A stretch of DNA of 63,277 bases, filler included, from Octopus bimaculoides (lineage: Eukaryota): the NCBI RefSeq assembly GCF_001194135.2. It is 4 parts of 3 records of this genome, joined end to end, with 100 filler letters (N's around TTAATTAATTAA, not from the genome) between each part and the next. Parts side by side here need not be neighbours in the genome. Positions count along the whole stretch, not along the records: positions 1 to 31,112 come from NC_068987.1; 3 more parts are not named here. One strand, given 5' to 3'. Shown here piece by piece: positions 12,066 through 24,954 of the stretch. Position 1 is the stretch's first letter; the number at the start of each line of letters is the position of its first letter. Both the position numbers and the translations under genes were made by a program. The notes under the pieces were generated by a model that was given only the letters and a program-made list of their open reading frames with translations, was not told where the DNA came from and ran no database searches.

Positions 12066-13799
12066 TGTCACGTGACAGTTAGTTGGTGTTGGCTGCTGGA
12101 GCCTACCGGCGAGTATTTAAAGGGTAATTTGGCAGGATGGTTATTCGCCCGCTGACATTTATTGAAGCTGCATCGAAGAAACCAAAGAACAAAAGAAAAA
12201 AGGAGCAAGAAGAAGCGCACTCAATACCAGATCTGAAGACACTTCCGAAAGCGGGTGTAGCCCGCCACGTCGAAAACGGTAGAGGAGTAGGGACCGAAAC
12301 TGGACGTGGTTCCTCCTGATGATGTCTTTAGCAACTGGATCCTATAAAGGGGATGTTGAAGTAGTGAACCACGAAACGTGCTTGAAATTCCTCCTACAGG
12401 TTTCTTTCGAAATGATGTTTCCAAAATTCTGACCACAATCTGTACGGTTTTGTGTACGGTTAAATTATGCTGTTATTATCAATTCACCGCATGAGCTATT
12501 TTAAATCAAGAAACAGCTTTGTTATCTTTACTTCTTTCCTTTTCTTTTTCTTTTGCATATTGTAATATTTCAGGTCTTAAAGGGTTAATTGATGAACTAA
12601 AATAATAGCAATTCCCATTAGAAATGAAAAGAAAAAAATGAATAATTTATAAAACAAACTAATTTCCTGACTAGTAAAACAAAATCAGAGAAAATTAGTG
12701 TTGTTTTACGTCAGCAAAAAGCAATCTCTATATAAACATGCCAGGAGGCTATATTAACTGTGGCAGTACTTCTTTTCTTTCAAGGTTTCGCGAAAGCGCG
12801 CTCGAACATGTTCTTTGTTCTTCATTCTCACCTGCACATTACAGCGTTTTCTTTTCACGTTCTTCTACTTCGCTAAAATTTCTTGGTAGAAATGTCCTAA
12901 AATAAAAATTTTAATTGGTGTTCTTTATTTTGATATTTTGTGTAAAAATGGAAATTTATTGTTTTTGACTACTCAGTTTTGCAAATCTCATCGCACCTAA
13001 CTAATTTCAAATGCATAAATCATAATATTCATAATAAAGATGAGTTGTGTGGGTAGGCATTGTAATTTCTGTTTAAAATGTATAGAAAGGAAAGACAAAA
13101 AGAAGAAAGTGCATATAAATAAAAAAGAAATGTGCATGTGCGTGTGTGTATATGCACACGTGTATATATCTACTCTAAAACATGTCCACAAACGCATATA
13201 TATACATATGTATATATGTGTGTGTGTTTAGGTGAGAATGCATATGGATGTGTGTGTATGTGTGTGCGTGTGTGTGTGTGTATGTGTGTGTGTGTGGGGG
13301 GGTGTAGAGATTGTTTGTAGTGTACAGATTTTGAATATTCAGAAAAAAAGGAGGTAGTCAGAAGTGTGGATTCCTATTCATTTAGCGTCTGCATGCACTC
13401 ATGCAATACACATATACACATATACCTGCGTTTCGTGCGTCGAACAAAAAGTACACAATTTATTCACAGAACGCACAAGAGAAAGAGAAACTTTTAAGGA
13501 TTATGACAACATAGATGCAGAATATTGGTGGTGCCGGGTTCAAGTTTAGAGTGGAGATCAAAGAAACACTAACAGTCTCAGAGCGATTCATTTGCGTGGT
13601 ACAATGTGGAGGGGATTTTAAAGTCATGGTAACTAAGAGATGTGAAAATCAATAAGCGAATAATGAGGTGATAAGATTAAGGACATGGTTAATATTTTAG
13701 ATATGTTAGAGCAACGTAGCGATTTGTAGTGACAGGATATTATCAATTATCTCCTTCCATTGCACCAGCATTCGTAGAATAGGCAGCATGAATATAAAA

Positions 13800-14420
13800 T
13801 ACTGATTTCAGATTTTGGTTCAAGACAAGTAATTTTTTGGAGGTAATTTAGTCGATTATATCAATCCTAGTGCTCAACTGTTGTGGAGGCGCAATGGCCC
13901 AGTGGTTAGGGCAGCGAACTCGCGGTCGTAGGATCGCGGTTTCGATTCCCAGACCGGCCGTTGTGAGTGCTTATTGAGTAAAAAAACACCTAAAGCTCCA
14001 CGAGGCTCCAACAGGGGATGGTGGCGAACCCTGCTGTACTCTTCCACCACAACTTTCTCTCACTCTTACTTCCTGTTTCTGTTGTGCCTGTAATTCAAAG
14101 GGTCAGCCTTGTCACACTGTGTCACACTGAATACCCCCGAGAACTACGTTAAGGGTACGCGTGTCTGTGGAGTGCTCAGCCACTTGCACGTTAATTTCAC
14201 GAGCAGGCTGTTCCGTTGATCGGATCAACTGGAACCCTCGACGTCGTAAGCGACGGAATGCCAACAACAAGTGCTCAACTGTTACTTATTTTATCGATCC
14301 CGAAAAGAAGGAACACGAAGTTGATCCCGACAGAATTCAAGCACAAAAGAAAATAATGAGTTGGTAAAAATAGCACAAAGCATATTCTCTGACACTTTAG
14401 CAGTTTTGCCAGCTCACCAC
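13800..14420 (-). mobile_element. SINE family A copy split by a family B insertion (pieces about 13800-13882 and 14270-14420)
   Basis: The two halves rejoin at gtgctcaactgtt|acttattttatcgatcccg, the same context as in the intact minus-strand copy at 44474-44689. Confidence 0.75.
13883..14269 (+). mobile_element. Full-length tRNA-derived SINE family B
   Basis: A-box TGGCCCAGTGG and B-box-like GGTTTCGATTCC in the head; (CAA)n tail; perfect 14-bp TSD AGTGCTCAACTGTT (13869-13882 and 14270-14283); second copy at 41707-42086. Confidence 0.92.
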
Positions 14421-14449
14421 TTTGAAATGAATATAAAATATTTTTTTTC

Positions 14450-14660
14450 TAATTTTGACACTAGGCCAAACATTTTGAGGGCAAGGTTTAACCGATTGCA
14501 TCAACCCCCAGTACTCAATTAGCATTATTTTATCAAAACAGCAAGGTTCAAAGGCAAACTCAACCTCGACAAATTTTGATCTCAGAATGCAGTGAGTCAG
14601 AAGAAATATCGCAGATCATGTTGTCCGTCAATCAAACAGCTGTGTTAGAAAGTTGCCTTG
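14450..14660 (-). mobile_element. SINE family A, diverged copy
   Basis: aaaggcaaactcaacctcgac...ctcagaatg matches the reverse complement of the family A core. Confidence 0.6.
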
Positions 14661-15133
14661 AAGTGGATGCAAAATAATAATAACATCGTTTTCACACTCA
14701 CTCATCTTTTGTAGACTTACACCACTGGCCGCATTAGTTTATGTTAAACATTGCATACCACCCCACTTTCTTTTTTTCTTTACATACGTCGCTGTTGCCC
14801 AGATATTGTTCTCTAGCCTAAGCAGGAACTTATGCCGGGTTACCTGTGAGAAAAGAATTATATATCATTATTCTATCTTCACTGAATGTCGACTTTCTCT
14901 TCCTCTCTCTCTCATTCTCTTTCTCTTTCTCTCTCTCCCAACCTCTCCCTTCATGAATGTACTTACACACAAACACATACATACACACACAAATAAACAT
15001 ATATGTATGTATATATGAATGTATCACTAAGTATCTATGTATCTAGATGTATATACAATAGGTCTATAGGATATATGTTTCTTTTTACTTTTGGCATGCA
15101 ATGCTTAGATATACATGCATCTTTACGACGATT

Positions 15134-15940
15134 CTACTTCCTGGAAAATTCCAAAAAGGAGCTACTTGCTGGAAAGTTCCGAGGACTTCCTGGAAATTTC
15201 CGAAGTGGGTAGCCAATTACTTCCTGGAAAGTTCTGAAGAGGGGTGGTGAATTACTTCCTGGAAAGTTCGAAAGGAGGAGGAATTACATCCTGGAAAGTT
15301 CCGAGGAGGGGTGCGAATTACTTCCTGGAGAGTTTCTAGGAAGGGGGAGGAATTACTTCCTGGAAAGGTCCAACAACGGGGAGGAGTGGAAGGAATTGCT
15401 TCCTGGACAGTTTCGAGGATAGGGATGAATTACTTCTTGGAAATTTCCTAGGAAGGGAAGGAGGGGGATTTACTTTCTGGAAAGCTCTGCGGAGTGGGAG
15501 TAATTACTTCTTGGCATGTTCCAAGGAAGGGGAGGAGGGTAGGAATTATTCATGGATATTTCCGAGAAGGGGAAGGAATTACGTCCTGGAATGGAAGGAG
15601 GGGACAAATTATTTCCAGGAAAGTTCCGAGGAACGGTAGGAATTACTTCCTGGAAATTTCCAAGGAGGGGTAATTACTTCTTGGAAAGTTCGAAGGAATT
15701 ATAGGAGGAGAGGAATTACTTCGTGGAAAGTTCCGAGTAGGAGTAGGAATTACTTCCTGTAAAATTTCAAGGAAAGGGAAGAAGGGATGGAATTACTTCC
15801 TGGAAAGTTCTGAGGAGGGTGAGGGAGTGGAGGACTTACTTCCTGGAAAGTTCCAAAGAAAGGGAGGAATGGGCAGAATTACTTCCTGGAAAGTTCTCAG
15901 GAAGGGGAGGAAGTGGAGGAATTGCTTCCTGGAAAGGTCC
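15134..15940. repeat. Minisatellite of about 23 units: core GAATTACTTCCTGGAAAGTTCC plus variable G/A-rich linker
   Basis: Read directly from the sequence; units are about 30-45 bp; hand count. Confidence 0.95.
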
Positions 15941-17548
15941 AGAGATGGGGAGAGATAGAGTGAATGAGTGAAGTTGTGTGTCATTGACTTACGTTGGCTG
16001 GCACGGCAAGCACGTAGCTTTTCAGGCACGCACACACCCTCACATACATATACGTACATAATAATGGGGATGTAAATCCGTTTTTTTTTTTCAGTCATAA
16101 CATCCAAAACAAATTTCAGGCATCTTTATTTTATCCGCCTTTTCTTCACCCTTTGTCTGTAGTTGATTATTCACCAATCTGCAACATGAGACGTTCTTTC
16201 TAATTTCAGCAATGTTACATGCAGTTTTATATCGTTACAATCCTACCACATTAAACACCGTGATTGTTTTCCTAATTGGATTGCAATCATGTTGGAATAG
16301 CTTCAGCATGGTTGTCACAACAATTCATAGTTATTTGATAGTATTTGGTTCATTATTTCGGTGGTAGAAGTAATCCGGACGACGGATTAAGTGTGTCACC
16401 AAAATAGATCAAAGTGGGGTTTAAATTCAGTACGCAAATAGCAAAGATATACCCCTATATACCCCTTATATAGTTCCGTCAATCCGCTGCCATTGGAGAT
16501 CGTCGAAACAATTCAAATATTTGAAAGACAAAATTAACCCGAGCGTATTTAGTCGAAAGCTCTGAGCTTCCTAGATGAACTCACGATTTTAACGCAAAAA
16601 TCGGGTGGTCAAGCACTCTTGAATGTACAGTTCAACAATCGACGGACGAAATTTAAACTTCACGCAATCTGAACACCTTGCGATAGCCATCGCTATAAAA
16701 TTATAATTTTCAGTTGTATTTTCTCTTCTGTTCACCTGTTAATGATGCCATTACATACAAAATATAATGCTACTGCTCTATAACTGCTAGAAACATAGAT
16801 TTATATTTGGTATTCTTACACTGCCCCAGTGAATTGGCGGGACATTTTACACGACCGACCTCAGGTGTCTGAAAAGCAAATTTGAACTAGGTTAGATTTG
16901 ATCTTCCAGCGAAAAAGTATCGATATAAATAATGAGACATTCATACCGAGCGCTTTGGTGACTTTGTTAATTTGCCGCCTGTGTAATATTTTAGCTTTAA
17001 TGCTATATTCGAGTTATCAAATATTCTGAATTATAAGGTTTTACAACCAAACGGATGCAATTTGAAATTCACATTTTAGCAGTTTACAATAACTTTTGTT
17101 ATATAAGTAGTAATGATCAGTTACGAATTCTCTTTGTTCATCTGTTGATGAAGTCATTATATACATATATAATTTCACTACTAATTTACTACTAAATACA
17201 TATAGTTTTATGTCCAGGCCTAGATATATGTGTTAGTTTTAATATATGTATATATAAGTATCTATTTTCTGTGGACATTCTGTCTATACTATTCGTCCGG
17301 AATTATACTACTGGTCACTCTGATTTATTGAAATTTCAAATACCTACAATTACACACACACACACATGCACACACACACACACACACACACATACACACG
17401 CACATATGCACACACACACTGAAACACATATACACACATACACACACAGATGCACACGCACAACACAGACAATTAGATATACATGTATCTATATGTATAT
17501 GCGTTTGTATCTGTGTGCGTACGCATACAAACGTAATACGTACATATA

Positions 17549-17633
<85 letters not shown>

Positions 17634-18226
17634 CATATATTTATATATACATATACATGCACATATATTTATACAAATGTTTCTATACACATATACAAGC
17701 ATGTATATATACACATATTTTATACACATGTATTCTATACACATATACAAGCATGTGTGTGTGTGTGTATTTACTGACGCATTATCATATATATGTGCGT
17801 GTGTGTGTGTGTGGAGGTGTATTTGTGTGTATCTATGTGTGTTCGAATACATACGTTACAAGCGTACATGTATATTCAACTATGTTATGCTACTAACAGT
17901 CTCCACAATGAGATGAAATGCACTGAAAGAAAGAGAAGGTGAACGCATCTTTGGAACTAGCAATGGATAAGATGTGTTTATCCTCACAAGACTAGCATGC
18001 CAAGACGATTAGATTCATTTGAAGCGAACACACCAGTTGTTTGGATAATTATTCATCATACCAACTGTTTAGTCATCTATCTACAAATTATGGCCAGCCA
18101 GTCAGACAACTGGCCCATCAACGCTTAGTCGTATTTATTCAATTGCTAGTTTTGTTTTCCATTCTTTCTTACTCGCTTTCTTTTTCTTCCTACATCACCA
18201 CAGTACACACATAAACACACACACAT

Positions 18227-18283
<57 letters not shown>

Positions 18284-18879
18284 TATAAATATATATACAT
18301 ATATACATATATACAGACGTACATACATACATAATGCATATTTAAGGAGGTCTATACGTATGTATGTATGTATGTATGTATGCGTGTTTGTATTCATTTA
18401 CCCCTTAAATTCAACACATACACTCACTCATTATTTACGGTATATTAAGGCAAAAACGGCTACACAAAATACGCTAGAATAGAAATAAAAATATAGAAAG
18501 TATTAGCAATACAAACACCAGCATTATTATGAACATTATCTTCAGTGTTATACAGACTGCAAATTTGTGATCTGCACGTTCGACCTAGAAAGAGCGCGTC
18601 GCGAATGACCCGGTTACAGGAAGCTGAATGTTTCGTTCACGGCACACAAATCCTACAGGGACTGGATTTGTGAGTTAGCTTACTGCTATTTGGCGGGGCG
18701 GGGCGAGATGCAATTTTGAAAACCATTGGTGGATGGCTCTGAAGAGGTCGGTTAAAATAAAATTGATATTGTTTAGTGAGAAACAAGGAGAAATAGATTA
18801 CTTGAGTGCTATTGAGTAAATTTAAGGATGCATGCACTGACATGCTGCAAGCGAGAAGAGTGCTAGATCATTTCTTCAG

Positions 18880-19290
18880 CACGAAGTTCAAAGGTTTCGT
18901 TATGAGAGCTGCGGTGGATGGCCTAAGATACACAACAATGAAAACTGTTCGACGTATTACTTCGTCAGATATAAAAGGAGGCAATAAAATGAGTTTCACT
19001 CAGTGATGAGAAGGGAGAAATATTTGTCACAAGATTTCAGGCATTTCTGCATGGATTACAAGCGACATTTTATTTTGTTGTTCGGGGCAAGCGATGGACC
19101 AAACAGACTTCCTTAAGTCTGATATTCGAAAGAAAGTGGAGAGTGCTGCAAAAACTGAAAACACTAACTGACATACTGTTGACAATAATTGGTTGTATAA
19201 AGGTTGGCACATATATTAATATACTGAACTTTCTTGCTAAGTTTAGTGTCAGGATAGTATCTGCCTGCACCGAAAACTAGAGTTAAATCT
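18880..19290 (+). pseudogene. Possible highly decayed hAT (Charlie/SPIN-like) transposase fragment
   Basis: TVRRITSSDIK (cf. TVxRRIxxMSxDI), a frameshifted S-L-x-D-E, ITSDILFC and ICLHRKL (cf. HCxxHRxxL) occur in the expected order. Weak. Confidence 0.35.
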
Positions 19291-19442
19291 CAGAAAATAA
19301 TTCATCGTTAGATTCGTATCTTTTGCAATCTAATAAATCTTACTATTTTAATATAAACATACATACAGATACAAAACACTCACATCATATACACATAAAC
19401 ACATACTTAATCAAACAGACCCCCCACACATACATACACACA

Positions 19443-19535
<93 letters not shown>

Positions 19536-19989
19536 CGTAAGAAAGCATATAGGCTAGAGGGAGGTGGAATAGGAACGTTCTTAAGTATAAATGGAATGGT
19601 AGGTTTAGTGTGTTTAAAGCGTATATATCCATTTAATATTCCTTATGTGTAACTATGCGTTAAATATAAATATACATACATATACATACATTGATACACG
19701 CACACACATATACACACATACATGCATACATGCATACATACATACATAGACATGCATATATATCTGCGTATGTATATGTATATNNNNNNNNNNNNNNNNN
19801 NNNNNNNNNNNNNNNNNNNNNNNNNNNNNNNNNNNNNNNNNNNNNNNNNNNNNNNNNNNNNNNNNNNNNNNNNNNNNNNNNNNNNNNNNNNNNNNNNNNN
19901 NNNNNNNNNNNNNNNNNNNNNNNNNNNNNNNNNNNNNNNNNNNNNNNNNNNNNNNNNNNNNNNNNNNNNNNNNNNNNNNNNNNNNNNNN

Positions 19990-20024
<35 letters not shown>

Positions 20025-20689
20025 CACACACACACACACGTACATTCATGCATACATATATACATACATATTCACGTATTTACAGATACAGTGATACATT
20101 CATATTTATGCCTGTGTTCTCGTTATTTTGTAAGTGCATCTGTTCCTTCGGCATTGTGTATGTTTTAATGCTTCGTCTGTATGTGTATATGTGGTGTGTA
20201 TGAATATACATTTGCATGGATGGTTGTATGTGTCTAAGCTATATAATGCCATTCAGTTGTACAAACAGCAATATCTTGACTGTAACACAAAACATTGGAT
20301 GTCATAAAAATTGTGTTGACAGTTAGTTGAACACATTCCATAATGTCACCTGATTACTAACTTCTGCTATAGAAACACATGTGCCTATTTACCAGCTTTT
20401 GTTTATCCAGAGGGTACGCGCATACACACACACGTAGACGCGCACAAGCTCGCACGCACACACACACACACATACACAAACCCACATATATACATATAAC
20501 TGTATGTATAACACACATATATATACATATAAGTGTATGTATAACATATATATATATATATANNNNNNNNNNTATATATATATATATATGCATATATTTA
20601 TATGTGCGTGAGTGTGTGTGCTTGCGTGTTTATATATGTGTGTATATGTATGTATGTGTGTATATGTATATATATATATAGTGAGAGGA

Positions 20690-20850
20690 AAAGACATAGA
20701 AATGAGGAGATAGATAGAGACAGAGAAGGAGAGAGAGAGATAGAAGGAGAGAGAGAGAAGGAGAGAGAGAGAGAAGGAGAAAGAGAGAGAGAGAAAGAGA
20801 GAGAGAGAAAGAGAGAGAGAGAAAGAGAGAGAGAGAGAGGGGGAGGGGAG
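20690..20850. repeat. (GA)-rich polypurine microsatellite
   Basis: Read directly; similar tracts at about 49770-49870, 51200-51305 and 53980-54075. Confidence 0.9.
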
Positions 20851-20996
20851 AGCGGGAGATTCTGAAATGGTTCTTTATTTTTCATTACAATGCTAAATTT
20901 TTCTTGCTGGTTATGTATACATACACGTATATTTAGGTATCACACAAATATATGTATGTATGTATATGTATATATATACTTACATTTGCATGCATG

Positions 20997-21096
<100 letters not shown>

Positions 21097-23303
21097 AATA
21101 CGTATATATGCATATATGCATATATATACATATGTATATATGCATATATACATACATGTAAAAACACGCACACATATACATATATATGTATGTGTAATAC
21201 ATATGTGTATATGTGTGTGTCTGTGTGTTTGCATGTCAGTGTGTCCCAGTAAACATACAAACACGCTTTATGGTTTCTTTCCTTTTCGCATATCAGTTAT
21301 TTTTGTACCACCTTCAATCAGTTCTAATCGTATAGGCCTTTATTCTTCTGAGATAGTTTGGCAAACGAGGTGCGTCGCACCTACATCCCCAGAATCTTGT
21401 GCCGTTCTAGATATGTTGCAAAATGTGGTTCCCAAATTTGAATTTTGTATGACAATCTGGACTGGTTGCAATTTCTCCATTGTTCTTTCTATTTCCAAAT
21501 GCACTTGTACATTGATTGTAGCACAACAGAAGCAGCAAATTTGATTCGGTCATATAACGTGAAGTTTATTGCCCCTTGAACTATTAGTGGTGGCGTGAGT
21601 ATCACACCACAGTGTTTGGAGCCAGTTTCGTTACTGATATTATGGCTACTTTTGTGCTCCTATTCTTTTGGTTATTTCTTTTGTTTTGTTTTCTTAGGGT
21701 TTGTCCATGCTAAATAAAAGAAATTGCTCTTTATAGGATAGTGTTTCAGCTGTAGTGTATCATTTATATTGGTACCCCAGTATCTGAAGCTGACTTTTCA
21801 TGCAATTTCAGGGTCGAACAACAAATTGTGCCCCTTACATGTCCAAGTAAATTATATTGGATTGAAACTTGCAGTAGCAGCGAACGTGCACCCGCATATC
21901 CAGTCAGTTTATTATTATTAGTATCTATATTGTGTTGTGTATGTGATCAGCACTGCACTGGTTCGTGTACTTTGCAGTTTATTTTCTTTATTAACCATGA
22001 GGTTGAGAAAAAGAGGGGACGATACCAGGACAGACAAAACAAACATTGGGTTCAGGGTATCGAATGAGACGAAACGTATGAATGAACAAACAATTAAAAT
22101 ATATACAATTAAATGAGAATGAGTGATTTACAAAAAATGAAGCGGAGGACGCGATCGAACCCACAAACAACATACTCACACTGAAGACTTTGCTTTGTCC
22201 TTTTATTGGTTCTCGTTTAGATCGGTTCTTTCACTCGCAACATACTTGCTACAGACTTCCATCTTTTACGAAACACACTTTGCGAGAAGCATTTCCTATC
22301 CAGCCTTATTTTCCGTTTCATGTGAAAAGCGAAAAAGTCGATTAGCTCGAGACTGGAGTTAAACGCAGATCGATACGAAAAGATAGGCACACAGTTAGGT
22401 GGACGCCCTTTGTTGCCAGTTGTTGTATTTAAGATTGCTCTCCGCATATACATATGCCGTTTTGCTTTCTCCGCTATGTTCTGTGTGTTCTAAGTGTTAT
22501 ACAGCAGTTGTATGTAACTCCTAGTATTTTCGTCTTCTGTATGTGTGGTAGATTTGTATTGCGGAGTGTTGCGTTTGATTTATTTGCTATTCCTTGGGGT
22601 TGCTGGTTATGGAGGGAGACAGTGGATATGGAAAGTGCTGTTTTGAGTCTTATTGTAGAGTCTGGTTTCTAGGTGAATTAAGTGGTGTTGAAGTATTTAT
22701 GCTGCGGTGTCAAAAGTAGTGCTTCTCAAACTGGGCGGTAACACACTATGAAGGGTGGTGGGAAGGTTTACATGTGTACTGGGGCAAGAGAATGGTATAG
22801 AGCAATAGATATATTTGTACAGTTTCTTTTCTTTATCTTTGTCTCTTATTTAAATATTAACATTAAAACAATGCTTAAATGCAATACGAAGATAAATTGT
22901 GTTAGACACAACTCATCAACAGCTACCAAAAGTAACATCGACAACAATAACAGACTGCCGAATGTGAAAAGTAAATAAATTCTATTAATTTTATATACTT
23001 TTTGAAAGTAGTTATTTCTGAATCAGTGGAGGTGTAACAAGATATTTCAAAATCGTTCATTAACAAGAATTTTGTACGTATAGATATAGAGGACCACATA
23101 ATATAATATAGTGTCGTTCTTTTTAAAGATCAGTTATTTGCGAAATATTTGAGAGACCACGTAGAGCTTCCGTGGGCCCTTGATCTGCTAGAAATCGTAG
23201 CGAAATCTCTATATTTTACACTGATATATTTTCTTATAAAATTTGTATCTTTGTAAATTTACTTTCTGATAAACGCCTTAGAATACATTCATTTATCCTT
23301 CAC

Positions 23304-23350
<47 letters not shown>

Positions 23351-23954
23351 CTTTTTTTTTTCTCTCCTTTTCACGCCACATCTAATATATTTGTTCAGTT
23401 TTCTGGATAAGTATTTTATCGCCAACAAAATGATTTTTACGAAGCGTTGCACTTCCCGTTTTACCTCGGCATACTAATTCATCCCGCTTTGTGCACTGTA
23501 ATGCAAGATGCATGTACAAAATTTGTCTAAAATATTTGAGTAAAACCTGGCGTTTGAGTTGTTGATAATGGTAGTGAATAATGTAATGTTTATGTTGGTG
23601 TTTGGCGGTGGTACTTAAAGTGCAGCTTACGCTGATTTTTACAGTGTTGATTATGGTTGTGTTTCATGGTGATGGTGGTAGTAGTGGTTGTGGTGGTATT
23701 TATTATGGTGTTTTAATGTGGTAGTTACCGTGGAGTTTGATGAAAGTGTTTGCAGTGGTGTTCACGCTGTTTACAGTAGTACTTGCGATAATGTTTATAG
23801 TGGTGTTTACTCTGATTTTATGGCATTGTATGATGCGGTGATTACACTGGCGTTTGATCAGTTTTTTTTTTAATATAACGTTTTTAGTGAAGGTGTTTTT
23901 TGGTAGTGATTACAGATATGAATACGTTGAGATACACACTCACATATATATATG

Positions 23955-23991
<37 letters not shown>

Positions 23992-24915
23992 GTGAAGTAT
24001 TGCATGTTGTTTACAGAATTTGAATGCTTGTCTATACATGCTAAGTGCTTACGTGTAATAATGTTGTTTGTATGTATTTCATTATTTTTGCTTATACTTT
24101 CGCGTTCCATCATAGCATCTCATCATATGGAGATATATATACACTAAATTTATATTAAATATAAAAATATCTATGAACAATGGGAACTCGTGTAATAACA
24201 AAAATACGATAAGCAAATGGACTCTTCTAATGCACGATTAAAGCAAAAACATATCAGTGACTATAAAAAAAGGTATTTTGTTGGTGTTTGTGCCAGTGTT
24301 TATTGGAAACTAATACTTATGTACAAGAAAGAGAGATTATGAGTTAGTTACACACTTACACATGAAAGATATCATTTTTGCAGCGATATTGGTGATTTTG
24401 AGCATGTTTATAATGGATATTAGTATTGTGAAAGTTTGAGTACTCTTATATATGTAATTATGTGATTTGAATTATGGCAATTTCTGGAGATTATTATTTC
24501 GACGCCTTTTGTTGTGTGCTTCATTTTGCGTTAGTTTGGGGTGATTAAAGACACAGCGGTTATAGTGCCTATGGTGGTGCTATTTAGTGTTTTCGTGTGT
24601 GACACATATGAAGGGACATAGCAATGTATGCCCTTGAGTTGGCAAAGTTACGTTTAGCAAACTGACACTTCTTGTGTGGTCCATCGAATTAATCGAGCAA
24701 CAGATAAAGTTCCAAGGAAACTAGCATACGTATTCGAATACACATATTGTCATGTTCTATACACTGCCACAATCACGTCACAAAAGCAAAATATTTACTA
24801 TATACATAGATTCATACACATACATATACCCTTATAAGTACGAAAAGTACATATACGTGCAAAATACATACACAGACACATGCAGATAAATTCAGACGCA
24901 CTTATATGAATGTGT

Positions 24916-24954
<39 letters not shown>

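Noticed and set aside
12227-12270. Hammerhead-like CTGAAGA...GAAA followed by hairpin GCGGG/CCCGC
   Set aside because: No stem II pairing, C instead of U16.1, and no stem I.
9330-12588. piggyBac TIR pair (aagacctgaaat near 9330 versus atttcaggtcttaaagggTTAA at 12567-12588) enclosing the LINE
   Set aside because: The left match is the ordinary tail of a minus-strand SINE A and lacks TTAACCCTT.
13515-13655. 46-aa ORF MQNIGGAGFKFRVEIK...
   Set aside because: Short, no recognisable motif, no polypyrimidine acceptor; expected by chance.
13883-13960. tRNA gene (also the heads at about 42010-42086 and 60800-60874)
   Set aside because: A and B boxes are present, but the sequence continues into a SINE body with a tail and TSD, and I could not build a complete cloverleaf.
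15134-15940. CRISPR-like appearance (conserved ~22-bp repeat with variable spacers)
   Set aside because: Spacers are short, variable in length, mutually similar and G/A low-complexity; the repeats are degenerate; there are no cas genes and the context is eukaryotic.
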